Part shown: positions 21,554-31,963 of the stretch, in pieces
Layout of the letters: each line of letters opens with the position of its first letter
How positions within the stretch are numbered: the first letter of the stretch is position 1
Assembly: GCA_963710605.1 (NCBI GenBank)
Contig: CAVQBA010000007.1
Coordinates: forward strand, 288,001 to 352,000
From: an uncultured cyanobacterium
GTDB lineage: Bacteria; Cyanobacteriota; Cyanobacteriia; Cyanobacteriales; Cyanobacteriaceae
Reading direction: 5' to 3'
Length of the DNA stretch: 64,000 nucleotides
Made by a program: the position numbers and the translations under genes
Notes under the pieces: model-generated
Told to the model about the DNA's origin: nothing
Databases searched by the model: none
The model's input: only the letters and a program-made list of their open reading frames with translations

Positions 21554-21813
21554 TGTGGGAAATAAGTTTGACGAAAAGAGCCGTCAAAGATGCAAAAAAG
21601 ATTAATCAATCTGGACTGAAAAAGAAAGTTGATGGGTTAATTAAAATACTAAAAACTAATCCTTATCAAAATCCTCCGCCCTATGAAAAATTAATCGGTG
21701 ATTTAGCAGGTATGTATTCTAGAAGAATTAATTCAAAACATCGCTTAGTCTATGAAGTTGATAATCATAACAAAAGAATTAAAATTTTGATGATGTGGAC
21801 ACATTATGAATAA
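21553..21813 (+). CDS. Txe/YoeB-family toxin
   Basis: NPYQNPPPYEKLIGDLAGMYSRRINSKHRLVY...MWTHYE. Confidence 0.93.
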   Translation: MWEISLTKRAVKDAKKINQSGLKKKVDGLIKILKTNPYQNPPPYEKLIGDLAGMYSRRINSKHRLVYEVDNHNKRIKILMMWTHYE

Positions 21814-21863
21814 CTAAAGTTTCAAAGAAATTTAAGTAGAGTTTGTTTGATAAATCTAGAAAC

Positions 21864-22044
21864 CTAAGACGATTCAAATGTGACTTTTATCTTTATTCTT
21901 CATTTAAGATGGAAAAAATAGTTTCTTCATCTACAAAGTTATTTTTTCTTCCTTCTTCGATCGCTTTAGCTAAAATAACTTCTTCTAAGGCTTCAATAAA
22001 AATTTTATAAAACATATCTTTTTTGTTCAAACTACTTTATACAT
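21864..22044 (-). pseudogene. Fused relics of RelE-type toxin starts and an antitoxin 3' half
   Basis: MYKVV* overlaps the upstream antitoxin stop. It is followed by EALEEVILAKAIEEGRKNNFVDEETIFSIL (antitoxin-like) and then KVTFESS* (toxin-like start). Confidence 0.55.
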
Positions 22045-22270
22045 CAGTTCTAACTTCTCGCCAATCTGTCAATTCACCTGAACTAACATCCTGTTTTACT
22101 AATTCAATATCTTCTAAAACATCAGGAATATCTAACAATTCCTTAGTTGCTTCTTCTCTTTCTTGTTCAGCTAAATTTTGGACAAATCGATCGATTAATT
22201 GTAAGTTATCTTCAGATAATTCATTCAAAGACTTATGAAGAGATTGTTTTAAGTTTTGTAGTTTAGACAT
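22037..22270 (-). CDS. Probable orphan antitoxin (RelE-partner type)
   Basis: 77 aa, acidic, EATKELLDIP...GELTDWREVRTDV; overlaps a truncated toxin start. Confidence 0.65.
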   Translation of the reverse strand: MSKLQNLKQSLHKSLNELSEDNLQLIDRFVQNLAEQEREEATKELLDIPDVLEDIELVKQDVSSGELTDWREVRTDV

Positions 22271-22426
22271 ACAATTTAAAGCAAATTTTAGTTAATTTTA
22301 TCATATTTAACTATTGTCTCGTTTAGTGTCGATCGTCCTGAGATTAATAATGACGTAGATGTATTGAAAGTAATTGATGTGTTGAATAAAAGTTCGATTG
22401 ATTTTTTTCACTTTATTTATTAAAAG

Positions 22427-22447
22427 TTGTACAATAAACTTGTACAA
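22427..22447 (+). promoter_or_regulatory. YefM-type autorepression operator (paired TGTACA palindromes)
   Basis: TTGTACAATAAACTTGTACAA, 13 nt upstream of the antitoxin ATG. TGTACA is the core of the E. coli yefM-yoeB operator. Confidence 0.7.
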
Positions 22448-22460
22448 ATAAAACAAAATT

Positions 22461-22754
22461 ATGTTAACTAAAGAAACAAGCTATTCTCATTTAAGAGCAA
22501 ATTTAGCCAGTATATTAGATCAAGTTCATGATGAAAGTCAAATCATGGTGATTAAGCGTCGTAATGATAAAAATATCGCTTTAATCGCTGAAAATGAACT
22601 CTCTAGCTTACTTGAATGTGTTTATTTATTACGATCGCCTGAAAACGCCAAAAGACTATTTCGTTCATTAGAATGGGCAGAAGAAGTTGAAGACGAATCA
22701 CAAACAATCGACGAATTAAAACAGGAGTTAGGAATTGAATCAGAAGAAGTCTAA
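22461..22754 (+). CDS. yefM: Phd/YefM-family antitoxin
   Basis: SYSHLRANLASILDQV and ECVYLLRSPENAKRL motifs. Confidence 0.92.
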   Translation: MLTKETSYSHLRANLASILDQVHDESQIMVIKRRNDKNIALIAENELSSLLECVYLLRSPENAKRLFRSLEWAEEVEDESQTIDELKQELGIESEEV

Positions 22755-23052
22755 AAATACTCCTGATAATGATAAAAGTAGTTCAAGTTATCATCCTCAA
22801 TTTAGTCCAGACTTTAAAGCTGATTTAGCATGGTGGTATAAAAAAGACCGTAAAAAAGGAGATAAGATAGTTGATTTAATAGAAGACATTTTAAATGGTA
22901 ATCTTTTTAGTGGCATTGGCAAACCAGAACCGTTAAAATATATTGAAGCCAATACATGGTCAAGAAGAATTGATTTAGAACATCGATTAGTTTACAAAGT
23001 CACAGATAATAAAGTTTATTTTTTACAAGCTCGTTATCATTACAATCCTTAG
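22735..23052 (+). CDS. yoeB: Txe/YoeB-family toxin
   Basis: GIGKPEPLKY...WSRRIDLEHRLVY...QARYHY. Confidence 0.93.
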   Translation: MNQKKSKNTPDNDKSSSSYHPQFSPDFKADLAWWYKKDRKKGDKIVDLIEDILNGNLFSGIGKPEPLKYIEANTWSRRIDLEHRLVYKVTDNKVYFLQARYHYNP

Positions 23053-23065
23053 TTAATATTATCTT

Positions 23066-23146
23066 CGATCGTAATCGAAAATCAAAAAAAAGCTGTTTTA
23101 GTATCGATCGAACAAAAGTTGATAGGTTAATTAAAATACTAAAAAC
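23066..23146 (+). pseudogene. Internally deleted copy of the 21302-21813 TA module
   Basis: 23066-23114 matches 21384-21432 (2 mismatches); 23115-23146 matches 21625-21656 (1 mismatch). Confidence 0.85.
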
Positions 23147-23167
23147 GATCGAAGGCTCAGAATTATT
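23136..23167 (+). repeat. 32-bp direct repeat, copy 1
   Basis: ATACTAAAAACGATCGAAGGCTCAGAATTATT; one mismatch to 23834-23865. Confidence 0.9.
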
Positions 23168-23232
23168 TGAATTATTAGATTCTTCACCTAAAAAAGAATA
23201 ATTACTATGAAAAAATTATCCTGATCAAGATA

Positions 23233-23781
23233 ATGCTTAATATTTTAAAAAAACTATTTGCTATTGGTTTTATAACTATTTTCAGCTTGCCCTTTTTTAT
23301 ATTATCAATAATTGTATTATTCTCTGACTCTAACCCTCAAATTCGCTCAGCTAATAATTGTATTAATTTTAATTCAATTAGAGAAATTACATTTGTCCGT
23401 ATAGATAATTTTTATCGAGAAAATTCACGTATTCCTTCTTGGAGTGAATTTCATATATTAATTGAGCCACTTAAGCAAAATTTTGATGGTAGATATATTC
23501 CTCTTGAAGGTATAAACTTAAAAAAATCATCTGATAAAGATTACAAAGATATTTATCAAAAGTTTGGTAATCCAACTCCAAATAAAGCATTTACGATCGA
23601 ATGTTGGGATGGAGATAGATATAGTTATTATATTCCTTGGGCTGGAAATGGCAATATTAGTTATGTACCTTATCCTCGATGGTACTTTTATAATAGCAAA
23701 TCAAAAGATATTAGAATATATGTTTTTCTTGGCTTATTATTTTTCACTATTGGAATGCTTTTGTTTATCGAAAAAAAATAA
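23233..23781 (+). CDS. Hypothetical protein with N- and C-terminal TM helices
   Basis: 182-aa very AT-rich ORF; no recognised motif. Confidence 0.65.
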   Translation: MLNILKKLFAIGFITIFSLPFFILSIIVLFSDSNPQIRSANNCINFNSIREITFVRIDNFYRENSRIPSWSEFHILIEPLKQNFDGRYIPLEGINLKKSSDKDYKDIYQKFGNPTPNKAFTIECWDGDRYSYYIPWAGNGNISYVPYPRWYFYNSKSKDIRIYVFLGLLFFTIGMLLFIEKK

Positions 23782-23833
23782 GTTTCCTTCAGAAATATTA
23801 AAGAAAAACCTAAATACTACTGTTTTGCCAATG

Positions 23834-23865
23834 ATACTAAAAACGATCGAAGCCTCAGAATTATT
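23834..23865 (+). repeat. 32-bp direct repeat, copy 2
   Basis: ATACTAAAAACGATCGAAGCCTCAGAATTATT; overlaps the stop codon of the 23861-24397 gene. Confidence 0.9.
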
Positions 23866-24397
23866 GATTCAAAGCAGTAGTAATTGTCCAGATATCAACT
23901 AACCACAAAAAGAAAGTAAAGAAGAACAAAAATATATACATCCAAGGTTGTGCTAGAGGGCGTATATCAGTAGTATCGATACCCGTTTTCGACTGTACTT
24001 GTTTAACCATTTTAGCAAAGCCAGCGATTCTCATAGGTAAAAGATAAGCTTTATCTCTAGCTTTACTCACGAAATAATAAACCAAACCACCTTGCCCGGT
24101 TGTACGCATCTTCAAACTTTCAATTTCAGCCCAAGATAAATTCCAACCTCGACGTAAAGAGAATTTTACCCACTGAGGATAAGCCACTTGAATACCTTCT
24201 TCATCAAGGATAACTCTTTCACTTAAAATACCAATAATAACGATCGCACCAAGTATAATCAAGACAACAAATAACCAGATAGGAAATTGTACGTTAGCAA
24301 ATTGAGCGAGAAAAGGAAGGGGTATAGTTAAAGCAAAATAAAGATTGACTAAAGTAATTTTAATCAATGGAGAAGTAGGAAAGACAAGTTTGTTCAT
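23861..24397 (-). CDS. Conserved cyanobacterial membrane protein of unknown function
   Basis: SPLIKITL, RTTGQGGLVYYF, YLLPMRIAGF and DIRPLAQPWMY motifs. Confidence 0.8.
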   Translation of the reverse strand: MNKLVFPTSPLIKITLVNLYFALTIPLPFLAQFANVQFPIWLFVVLIILGAIVIIGILSERVILDEEGIQVAYPQWVKFSLRRGWNLSWAEIESLKMRTTGQGGLVYYFVSKARDKAYLLPMRIAGFAKMVKQVQSKTGIDTTDIRPLAQPWMYIFLFFFTFFLWLVDIWTITTALNQ

Positions 24398-24556
24398 TAA
24401 AAGGATAAAAGATGAATTAATACTATGATAAACAATTTAAATTTAATAACGAGTACATTTCATCATTGACAACTAATTGTCTTAAACACGATGGTATTCT
24501 TAGATAAATATATATATTAACTTTTGATGTTTTACCAAAAAATCAAGGGTAATTAC

Positions 24557-24598
24557 GCCCCGAATATCCCCCCCTTACAGAGGGCAGGGCTGTTTCAT
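24557..24598 (+). mobile_element. Half of a C-rich dispersed palindrome joined to an IS-like terminal repeat
   Basis: CCCCCCCTTACAGAGGG|CAGGGCTGTTTCAT; the exact reverse complement of the 14-mer is at 45997-46010. Confidence 0.55.
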
Positions 24599-24941
24599 GT
24601 CTTATTTTTGTACTTTCTACAACGCCAGAAATATAGCTAAATGAATTTATAACTGCACTTTTTGTCCCTCGCATTGTTTACATAAAAACTACGAAACTGG
24701 GAACTTTATCATCGCTATATTTAACAATTAATTAATGGAGAAGACTATGGTGTTGTTAGATGCCGACGCTCAAGATATTTGAAAATATCTTAACAAAGTA
24801 AAAAATCACTGACAAATAAATTTGAAGAATGTTTAGCTGGAAAATTAAAACGAAAAAAACCCCAAAAAAACCTTTTCAGATATAAGATAAAGAGACTGAG
24901 ATAGTGAAGAAAGTCAAAACGATAAATTTTGGTGTGAGCAA

Positions 24942-27900
24942 ATGACGAATCAACAACCCCCCACAGAAGAAAATAATCAGCAATCTAGAGGTTTGGCAAA
25001 AGTTTGGCAATTTGTTAAGCAACCTCGTACCCAAATTATCACCATAATCAGTTTGGCAGGTATTTTGATTGGGGGCTATTTCGGTGGTAAGTTTTTACTC
25101 GCAACTGTAGTTTTAAATCGGATTGAAGAGCAATTAGAAGTCGCTTTAGAAAGAGAGATAGATATTGAAAATACAGAAATAGACAGTTTATATCGAATTA
25201 CCTTTGAAGATGTTATTCTACGCCCTACTGATGAAGACAATAGCACCTTGAGGATAAAAGAGCTTAAAGTAACGCCAGATATTATTGGTTTATTTACTAG
25301 AAGACAGTTATATTTAGATATTGTCGCCTCCGATGTGAAAGGTTATGCTCAATTAGATACAATCATTCAAGAAAGTGATGATGAGAAACCTACTCCAGAA
25401 ACATTACTACTCAATCCTTTACCAATTACCACAGAGTTGAATGTACGTTTAGAAGATACACAAATAGCTGTTACGCCAAATATTGAATCTAATTTACTTT
25501 TCATCGATACTATTGGTGAGATAAATTTTTTATATGACAAAGAAGTACAACCAATTACATATCAACTTACCAATAGGATTGGTACGAGTGGTGTAATTGA
25601 TATAGAAGGAGAAACTTTATTAAGTACGACTCAAAGTCGAAACGAGATTAAAATTGATGCTTTAAATCTGCCACAATTAACGGCGGTTATTCCCCAGTTG
25701 CCTGTATCTCTTGAGCAAGGAATTGTTAGTGGTAAAGTTGATATTAATGTACCTGCATTTAAAGAAGCGAAAAATACTACCTTAGATGGTTATCTTTTTG
25801 TTGATAATGTAATTGGTAGAGTTAATCCTGAGAAAGTTAATTTAGGAGATAATGCTTCTATAATACCGTTATTGCAAAAAGACATTTTAGCTAATGCCGC
25901 TATCGATTTTAATGGACAATCAATCACTCTTACAGAAGCTAAGTTGAATTGGGGATATATTAACGCAGAAGCTGAAGGAATAGTTGATTTAGCTAAAGGA
26001 TATAATTTACAAGCTAATTTAGATTCTTTTAATCTGGGTGTAATTTTCGCTAACACAAAAACACAAAAGCCACCTGTTGAGCTTGGTGGTTTGCTTTCTA
26101 GTAATATTACGATAACAGGAGAAATAGATAATCCTTTAATTAGTGGTAATCTTGATGTCGAAAATACCTTAGTTGATAAAGTAGAGTTAGGTACGATAAA
26201 TAGTCAATTTAGTGCTAATCTCGATCGAGTAGAAATACAAAGAGTTATTGTTAAACCAAAATTTGGTGGCGAAATTACTAGCCAAGCATCAATCGAAACT
26301 AATCTTAGAGATACTGTCTTAGCAGGAAAACCTTTTGTACCAGAAAACACCCAAATTAATTTAAAATTTTTAGCTAACTTACCACCAAATCAAGTTATCG
26401 AAGCTTACGCTGATTCGACTTATGGTTTTGATTTTAATAACTTTTTAGCCGTTGGTGAAGTTAAAGGCACATTATCAAATCCTGAAGGCTTGATTAGTTT
26501 TTCTTTACCTGATATTGATACAGATAATTTTGAGACAGTTAAAGCAGATGGTAAAATTGTTCTTAATCAGCAAAGAATAGAAATAAAAGATACGAAATTA
26601 GTGGCTGATAACGATCGAATTACTGTTGATGGTGTTACTAACTTAAATACCAAAAAATGGCAGATTAATGTCGAAGGAAAAGACTTTTACTTGACTCCTT
26701 TTATCTCTCAATTTTGTAATAACAATTTAAGTTGTGCGGCTTCTGCTTTTAATAGTGAGTTAGCTATCAATCTTAATAGTTTGGATAGTCGTTTTCAAGG
26801 TAATCTTAATTCAATTGCTTTGAATGACATTGATGGTAATGCTGATGTTAATCTGCAAATAGATGACGGAGATTTGGACTTAGAAGCAATATTAGTTAAT
26901 GGTCAATTATTTATTGATGGTAATTTAGACAATATAGCTTTGAATAAAGTAGTCAAAACTATTCCAACTAATAGTAATGTTAACGTCGTCAATACCAATT
27001 TTAAAGCTTCAACTAATGTAGATGACTTATTAACTGCTACTAAAACTAATAATATTCCTCGTACTTTAACTGTGCGAGCAAATAGTAATATTAAAGTGAA
27101 TGACGGTAATGTTAATGTTGATGCAATTGTCAATGACGGTAATTTACTTGTTGATGGTAATGCTAATAATATTGCGGTTAATAAAGTTATCCCTTCAATC
27201 CCGGCTGGTGTTAATGTCGTTAGCACCAAATTTAATGCTAGTGCTAATGTTAATGAATTATTAGCTGTTAATACTAACCCTGATAATATTCCTCAAAGCC
27301 TCAGTTTACAAGCAGATACTAATATCAAAGTCAATGACGGTAATGTTGATGTTGATGCAGTTGTGGTTAATGGCAATTTAGTAGTTGAAGGAAATGCGAA
27401 TAATATTGCGGTTAATAAAATTGTCCCTGCGATTGGTACTGATGTCAATATCGTACAAACTAGATTTAATGCCAATGCTAAAGTAAACGAGTTATTGACT
27501 ATCGGTAAAACGAAAAATCTTCCTCCTAGTCTGAGTGTTAATGCTAAGACTCAAGTAAATGTTGATGATGGTAGATTAAATGTTGATGCGGTAGTCGCCA
27601 ATGGTAATGTAGCGGTGAATGGTAATGGCAGAAATATATCTTTGAATAAAGTTGTGCCGACAATTCCCACAAAAGTAGATGTTGTTAATACTGATTTTAA
27701 TGTCACCGCAGATGTTAATGAGTTATTGGCAGTTAATAGTAATACCCAGAATCTTCCTCCTAGTGTGAAGTTAAAAGCAAATACTAAACTCAATGTGGAA
27801 AATACAGGGGTAGTTGATGCAGTAGCTAATATAGATAACCGTCAAGTTAATGTAGTCGCAAAAGCCAATAATATTCCTCTCAATCAAATTAATCCTAATA

Positions 27901-30900
27901 CTGATGCCCAAATCACCTCAGGGGAAGTGAAAATTAATGCCAATACGCAAGAATTGTATCAATTAGCTACCCAGAAAGTATATAATAACGATCGATTACT
28001 CGAGATTAAAAGTCTTGATGTAACTGCTAATGTTAAAGGTAAAGTAGCCGAAGGTAGTTTTAATACTATCGCTAAAGTAAATAATGGTGTCTTTAATGTT
28101 AATGGTGAAGCTAAAAACATTTCGCCTTCAAAGCTGACAACTAACAATCAAAATCTTCCTGCGGATAATCTAAATGCTAAGTTTAATGCTAGTGGTAATG
28201 TTGCTGAGGTAGTAAATTTAGGTGTTAATTATTTAGACAACAAAACTATTTCTCCTTTACCTAGTTTGAAAGCTAATGCTGATGCAAATATAGTTGTAGG
28301 TGAAGGTAATGCTAAAGTTAATGCCAATATTGCCAATAATCAATGGCAAGCCAAAGTTGATAGTAATGATATTAATTTAGAATATGTCGCCAAAACTTTA
28401 GCCATAGAAGATAAACTACCTGTAAATCTAGCTTCTGTGCCTAATGTTAGTAGTGATATTAATGTTAGTGGAAATCTCGATAATTTATCTACAGCGAATA
28501 AATCTATTCCTGTCAATATCAAACCCACAACTGTCGCCCTTGGTGAAAATGTAGTTAATCTAGAAGGTAAACTAGATGTTGTTAATGTATTATCACAACC
28601 AGATATCGATAATCTTCAACTAAAAGTAAACGCTAATTCTGAATTAGCGACTATTCCTGTCAAGGAAATATTAACCACAACTTCTACTCCTGAAAGTGAA
28701 AGGGGAATTAATGCAATACCTAATCAAATTAATTTAGATGGTAATGCTAAATTTACAGGTACAATCACAGGTAGTAATTTATTAACTAATCCTTTAGGTG
28801 TAAATGGGCTTAATATTTTAGGTGATGTTGCTTTAACTAATTTTGAATTTGATAATGTCAAATTTGAGCCTTTATTAGCAGGGAAGGTTAAGGTGAATCC
28901 GCAATCAGAAATAAGTATTGATTTGAGAGGAAACCAAGATGTGATTGCCGCACGAGTCGTAAAAGATGATTTATATATTACTCCTTTAGATACGACTATC
29001 GCTTATACTCCTCAAAATATTGAAATTCGTCAAGGAGGAGAAAATGGTTTGAGGGTTTTAGGTAATCGTCAAGGTAATGAATTTATTGCCTCAGTTGATA
29101 ATTTATCTTTAGATGGTTTACAACTACAACCTGTCACTAACTACGGAATTGATGGAAAACTCAAGGGTAATCTATCAACTGATATTGCGCTTAACCTCAA
29201 TGACTTTTCAGCTAGAGGTAATATTAATTTAATTCAACCCGGTGTTGATTTTATTAATGCCCAAGAAATTAGTGGTAGTTTTGCTTACAAAGATAATCTT
29301 GCCCGTGTTGATGATGGAGTGGTTAAGTTTGGTGAGAGTGAATATAATCTCACTGGTGAATATAATCTACAAACGCAAGATATTTTTGCTAAAGTTGATT
29401 TAGAAGGTGATGTACAAGATATCTTTAATACGTTGAAGATTACTGATGTTGCTAGTTTAACTGCTCTTGCCCAACAATTACAAACAGGTGATTCTTTTGC
29501 CGATGCTGATGAGATTGCGGCGGTATCTATCGCTGAGGATAAAAAAACGATCGAGTCTCAAGTTAATCTTCTTTATAGTATAGATCAACAAATCAAAACG
29601 ATCGCTAAAGAAATTAAAGCTGGTAATTTACCTAATAATTTATATATTCAAGGTGACTATCAAGGAGAATTAGTTGTTGGTGGTAATTTAAAAAATCCTG
29701 TGGTTGATTTAGATTTAAGCGGCAAAAGATGGCAATGGCTACCACAGTCAGATTTTCCGAATATTGTTGATTCTTTAGGTTTTGTGATGGAGCAAAGTGA
29801 ATCGATCGCTATTCCTGAAATTGATCTTAATGCTCAATATAGAAATAATACCTTAACTTTACAACCTTTTTCAATTAATGTTGCTGGTAGTGAAATTTCG
29901 GTTGCTGGTGAAATTTCTTCTCAAAGCCAAAATGCTGAATTTAAAGTGACTAATTTTCCCCTTGATTTAGCTACTCGTTTTTTCCCTCTTCCTGTAGATG
30001 TTGATACTAATATTGATTTAGAAGGTACAGTTAAAGGAAGGTTTATAAACCCTGAGATAAATGGTGTTTTAACTTTAAATAATACTGCTTTTAATGGTAG
30101 TCTTATTGAAGATGAAATAGTAACAAATTTTGGCTATGAAAATTATGTACTTGATCTAAAAACGATCGCTCCAGAATATTTAACTCTTAATGCCAAACTA
30201 CCTTATCATCCTATTTACGAGATAAATGAACCAGCTTTTATTAATTTGCAAACAGACGAAAAATCAAGCTCTTTAATCGGGCTTCTAACTCAAGGACAAG
30301 TGAATATATCTGGTGGCGAATATACATCTAATTTAGACGTAGAAATTAATTCAATTAATGAGCTAATTAAAAATTTTGACATAGCAGATGTTAATGTAAA
30401 AGGAGATATTAATTTTGAACAAACAGAAATCACCACAGTTTTCTTAGAAGAAAAAATATTAGTTTCTGGAGATGTTAATTTATCACCTAATCGAGTAATT
30501 AATGTTGAAAATTTAAACGCACTTGTTAACCAAACTAATATTAATATCGAAGGTAGTCTTCCTATCCTTTCACCAACACCGCAAAATAATAATTTATTAG
30601 CTGTTAGTATCCCGCAACAACCATTAAACTTAGAAGGTTTATATTCAGGTGATTTAGATGCTGACATTAAAATTGATGGTACTGTATTAAGCCCACGAAT
30701 AGGTGGTTATCTAGCTTTAATTAATGGTAATTTCCAAATACCCTCACGAGACAATCCGAGTAATAATCAAAACGAAGCTTTAGCACAACAATGGCTAGGA
30801 AAAGTAAATGAAAATAACGCACCAAGTATTCTCAACCCTAGGTTGAATGATTTTAATCTTAAATTGCAAAATTCACAACTTGCTCAATGGGGTTTATATC

Positions 30901-31787
30901 GCTTCTTATTTGAAGGAGATATTAATGTGAACGGTCCTGCCTTAGATTTAAATCAATTAAGTGCTAGTGGCTTAGTTAACCTACGTAGAGGACAGATTTA
31001 CCTTAGTGGTGCTAGTCCAGTAAGTGCTATTTCTGGTTTGGGTTCATCTCAAACAACCTTTAATTTATCTCGTACTAATGAAAATCAGATTGTATTTGAT
31101 CCAGATGAAAGTATTCTTAATCCACAAGTTGATGTTGAATTAAACGCCGATGTTGTTGATTATGCTAGGGAATTACCGACTAGTCAAAGAAACGAAATAA
31201 ATGATCCAATTATTCGTGGTGGTAGGGGCGAAACTGTTCAAGTAACTTTAAATGTTGATGGTGGATTAGCTCAATTATTACCTGTTTTATCAGGAGAAGC
31301 GACTCAATCTTGTAATTTTGGTGTACCGCAAACAATTCCGGGTAATGTCAATTTTTCGACGGCTGAATTAGATTCTATCGCTAAATGTGTCAATTTTGCG
31401 ATTTTAAATCCTAGTTTATCGACGAGTAATATTTTGAATTCACCATTAGTTTCTTTAAGTAGTACACCTAACCGTAGCGAAGGTGAGTTAGTTAATTTAA
31501 TTGTTGGTGGGCAATTATTAAATTTAGCAACACAATTACAAAATTCAAGCGGAGAAGATTTACTAGAAAATGGTCTGATACAATTTGTTTTAGTACCAAT
31601 TGCTAATTCATTAAGTTTTGGTGTTAATGAAAGAGTTAGTACTTGGGGAAAACCTCTAGGAATGAAAGATTTACGTGTTTTTCCTTTAGTTGAAGGTATT
31701 TACGAAGTCCAAGAGAATGGTAATGTTTCTGTTTCTTATGATTATATTTATGATGAATTTAAAGTTCGCTATCAACTGAGATTTTAG
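24942..31787 (+). CDS. TamB/AsmA-like translocation and assembly module protein (2281 aa)
   Basis: N-terminal TM anchor, amphipathic beta-rich body, DUF490-like C-terminus (LSSTPNRSEGELVNLI...VRYQLRF), internal repeats of about 80 aa. Confidence 0.82.
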   Translation: MTNQQPPTEENNQQSRGLAKVWQFVKQPRTQIITIISLAGILIGGYFGGKFLLATVVLNRIEEQLEVALEREIDIENTEIDSLYRITFEDVILRPTDEDNSTLRIKELKVTPDIIGLFTRRQLYLDIVASDVKGYAQLDTIIQESDDEKPTPETLLLNPLPITTELNVRLEDTQIAVTPNIESNLLFIDTIGEINFLYDKEVQPITYQLTNRIGTSGVIDIEGETLLSTTQSRNEIKIDALNLPQLTAVIPQLPVSLEQGIVSGKVDINVPAFKEAKNTTLDGYLFVDNVIGRVNPEKVNLGDNASIIPLLQKDILANAAIDFNGQSITLTEAKLNWGYINAEAEGIVDLAKGYNLQANLDSFNLGVIFANTKTQKPPVELGGLLSSNITITGEIDNPLISGNLDVENTLVDKVELGTINSQFSANLDRVEIQRVIVKPKFGGEITSQASIETNLRDTVLAGKPFVPENTQINLKFLANLPPNQVIEAYADSTYGFDFNNFLAVGEVKGTLSNPEGLISFSLPDIDTDNFETVKADGKIVLNQQRIEIKDTKLVADNDRITVDGVTNLNTKKWQINVEGKDFYLTPFISQFCNNNLSCAASAFNSELAINLNSLDSRFQGNLNSIALNDIDGNADVNLQIDDGDLDLEAILVNGQLFIDGNLDNIALNKVVKTIPTNSNVNVVNTNFKASTNVDDLLTATKTNNIPRTLTVRANSNIKVNDGNVNVDAIVNDGNLLVDGNANNIAVNKVIPSIPAGVNVVSTKFNASANVNELLAVNTNPDNIPQSLSLQADTNIKVNDGNVDVDAVVVNGNLVVEGNANNIAVNKIVPAIGTDVNIVQTRFNANAKVNELLTIGKTKNLPPSLSVNAKTQVNVDDGRLNVDAVVANGNVAVNGNGRNISLNKVVPTIPTKVDVVNTDFNVTADVNELLAVNSNTQNLPPSVKLKANTKLNVENTGVVDAVANIDNRQVNVVAKANNIPLNQINPNTDAQITSGEVKINANTQELYQLATQKVYNNDRLLEIKSLDVTANVKGKVAEGSFNTIAKVNNGVFNVNGEAKNISPSKLTTNNQNLPADNLNAKFNASGNVAEVVNLGVNYLDNKTISPLPSLKANADANIVVGEGNAKVNANIANNQWQAKVDSNDINLEYVAKTLAIEDKLPVNLASVPNVSSDINVSGNLDNLSTANKSIPVNIKPTTVALGENVVNLEGKLDVVNVLSQPDIDNLQLKVNANSELATIPVKEILTTTSTPESERGINAIPNQINLDGNAKFTGTITGSNLLTNPLGVNGLNILGDVALTNFEFDNVKFEPLLAGKVKVNPQSEISIDLRGNQDVIAARVVKDDLYITPLDTTIAYTPQNIEIRQGGENGLRVLGNRQGNEFIASVDNLSLDGLQLQPVTNYGIDGKLKGNLSTDIALNLNDFSARGNINLIQPGVDFINAQEISGSFAYKDNLARVDDGVVKFGESEYNLTGEYNLQTQDIFAKVDLEGDVQDIFNTLKITDVASLTALAQQLQTGDSFADADEIAAVSIAEDKKTIESQVNLLYSIDQQIKTIAKEIKAGNLPNNLYIQGDYQGELVVGGNLKNPVVDLDLSGKRWQWLPQSDFPNIVDSLGFVMEQSESIAIPEIDLNAQYRNNTLTLQPFSINVAGSEISVAGEISSQSQNAEFKVTNFPLDLATRFFPLPVDVDTNIDLEGTVKGRFINPEINGVLTLNNTAFNGSLIEDEIVTNFGYENYVLDLKTIAPEYLTLNAKLPYHPIYEINEPAFINLQTDEKSSSLIGLLTQGQVNISGGEYTSNLDVEINSINELIKNFDIADVNVKGDINFEQTEITTVFLEEKILVSGDVNLSPNRVINVENLNALVNQTNINIEGSLPILSPTPQNNNLLAVSIPQQPLNLEGLYSGDLDADIKIDGTVLSPRIGGYLALINGNFQIPSRDNPSNNQNEALAQQWLGKVNENNAPSILNPRLNDFNLKLQNSQLAQWGLYRFLFEGDINVNGPALDLNQLSASGLVNLRRGQIYLSGASPVSAISGLGSSQTTFNLSRTNENQIVFDPDESILNPQVDVELNADVVDYARELPTSQRNEINDPIIRGGRGETVQVTLNVDGGLAQLLPVLSGEATQSCNFGVPQTIPGNVNFSTAELDSIAKCVNFAILNPSLSTSNILNSPLVSLSSTPNRSEGELVNLIVGGQLLNLATQLQNSSGEDLLENGLIQFVLVPIANSLSFGVNERVSTWGKPLGMKDLRVFPLVEGIYEVQENGNVSVSYDYIYDEFKVRYQLRF

Positions 31788-31963
31788 TTAGGTAAAAAGT
31801 AACCAATATTAATTGTTAATTATTCTTCTTTGATTGTTTTAAAATTAAGTTCAGATAAATAATTAAATTTAAAAGACAAAATTAAAATAGGAAAAAGACA
31901 GAATGAGGACTTGCTTAAAACAACTGTTGTCAATTTAATTTGAATTGGGATTAGTTGATATTT

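Noticed and set aside
23564-23902. 112-aa alternative-frame ORF
   Set aside because: Overlaps both the 23233 ORF and the convergent conserved gene; no motif.
25790-30667. Multiple minus-strand ORFs inside the TamB-like gene
   Set aside because: Antisense shadows caused by codon bias; no motifs.
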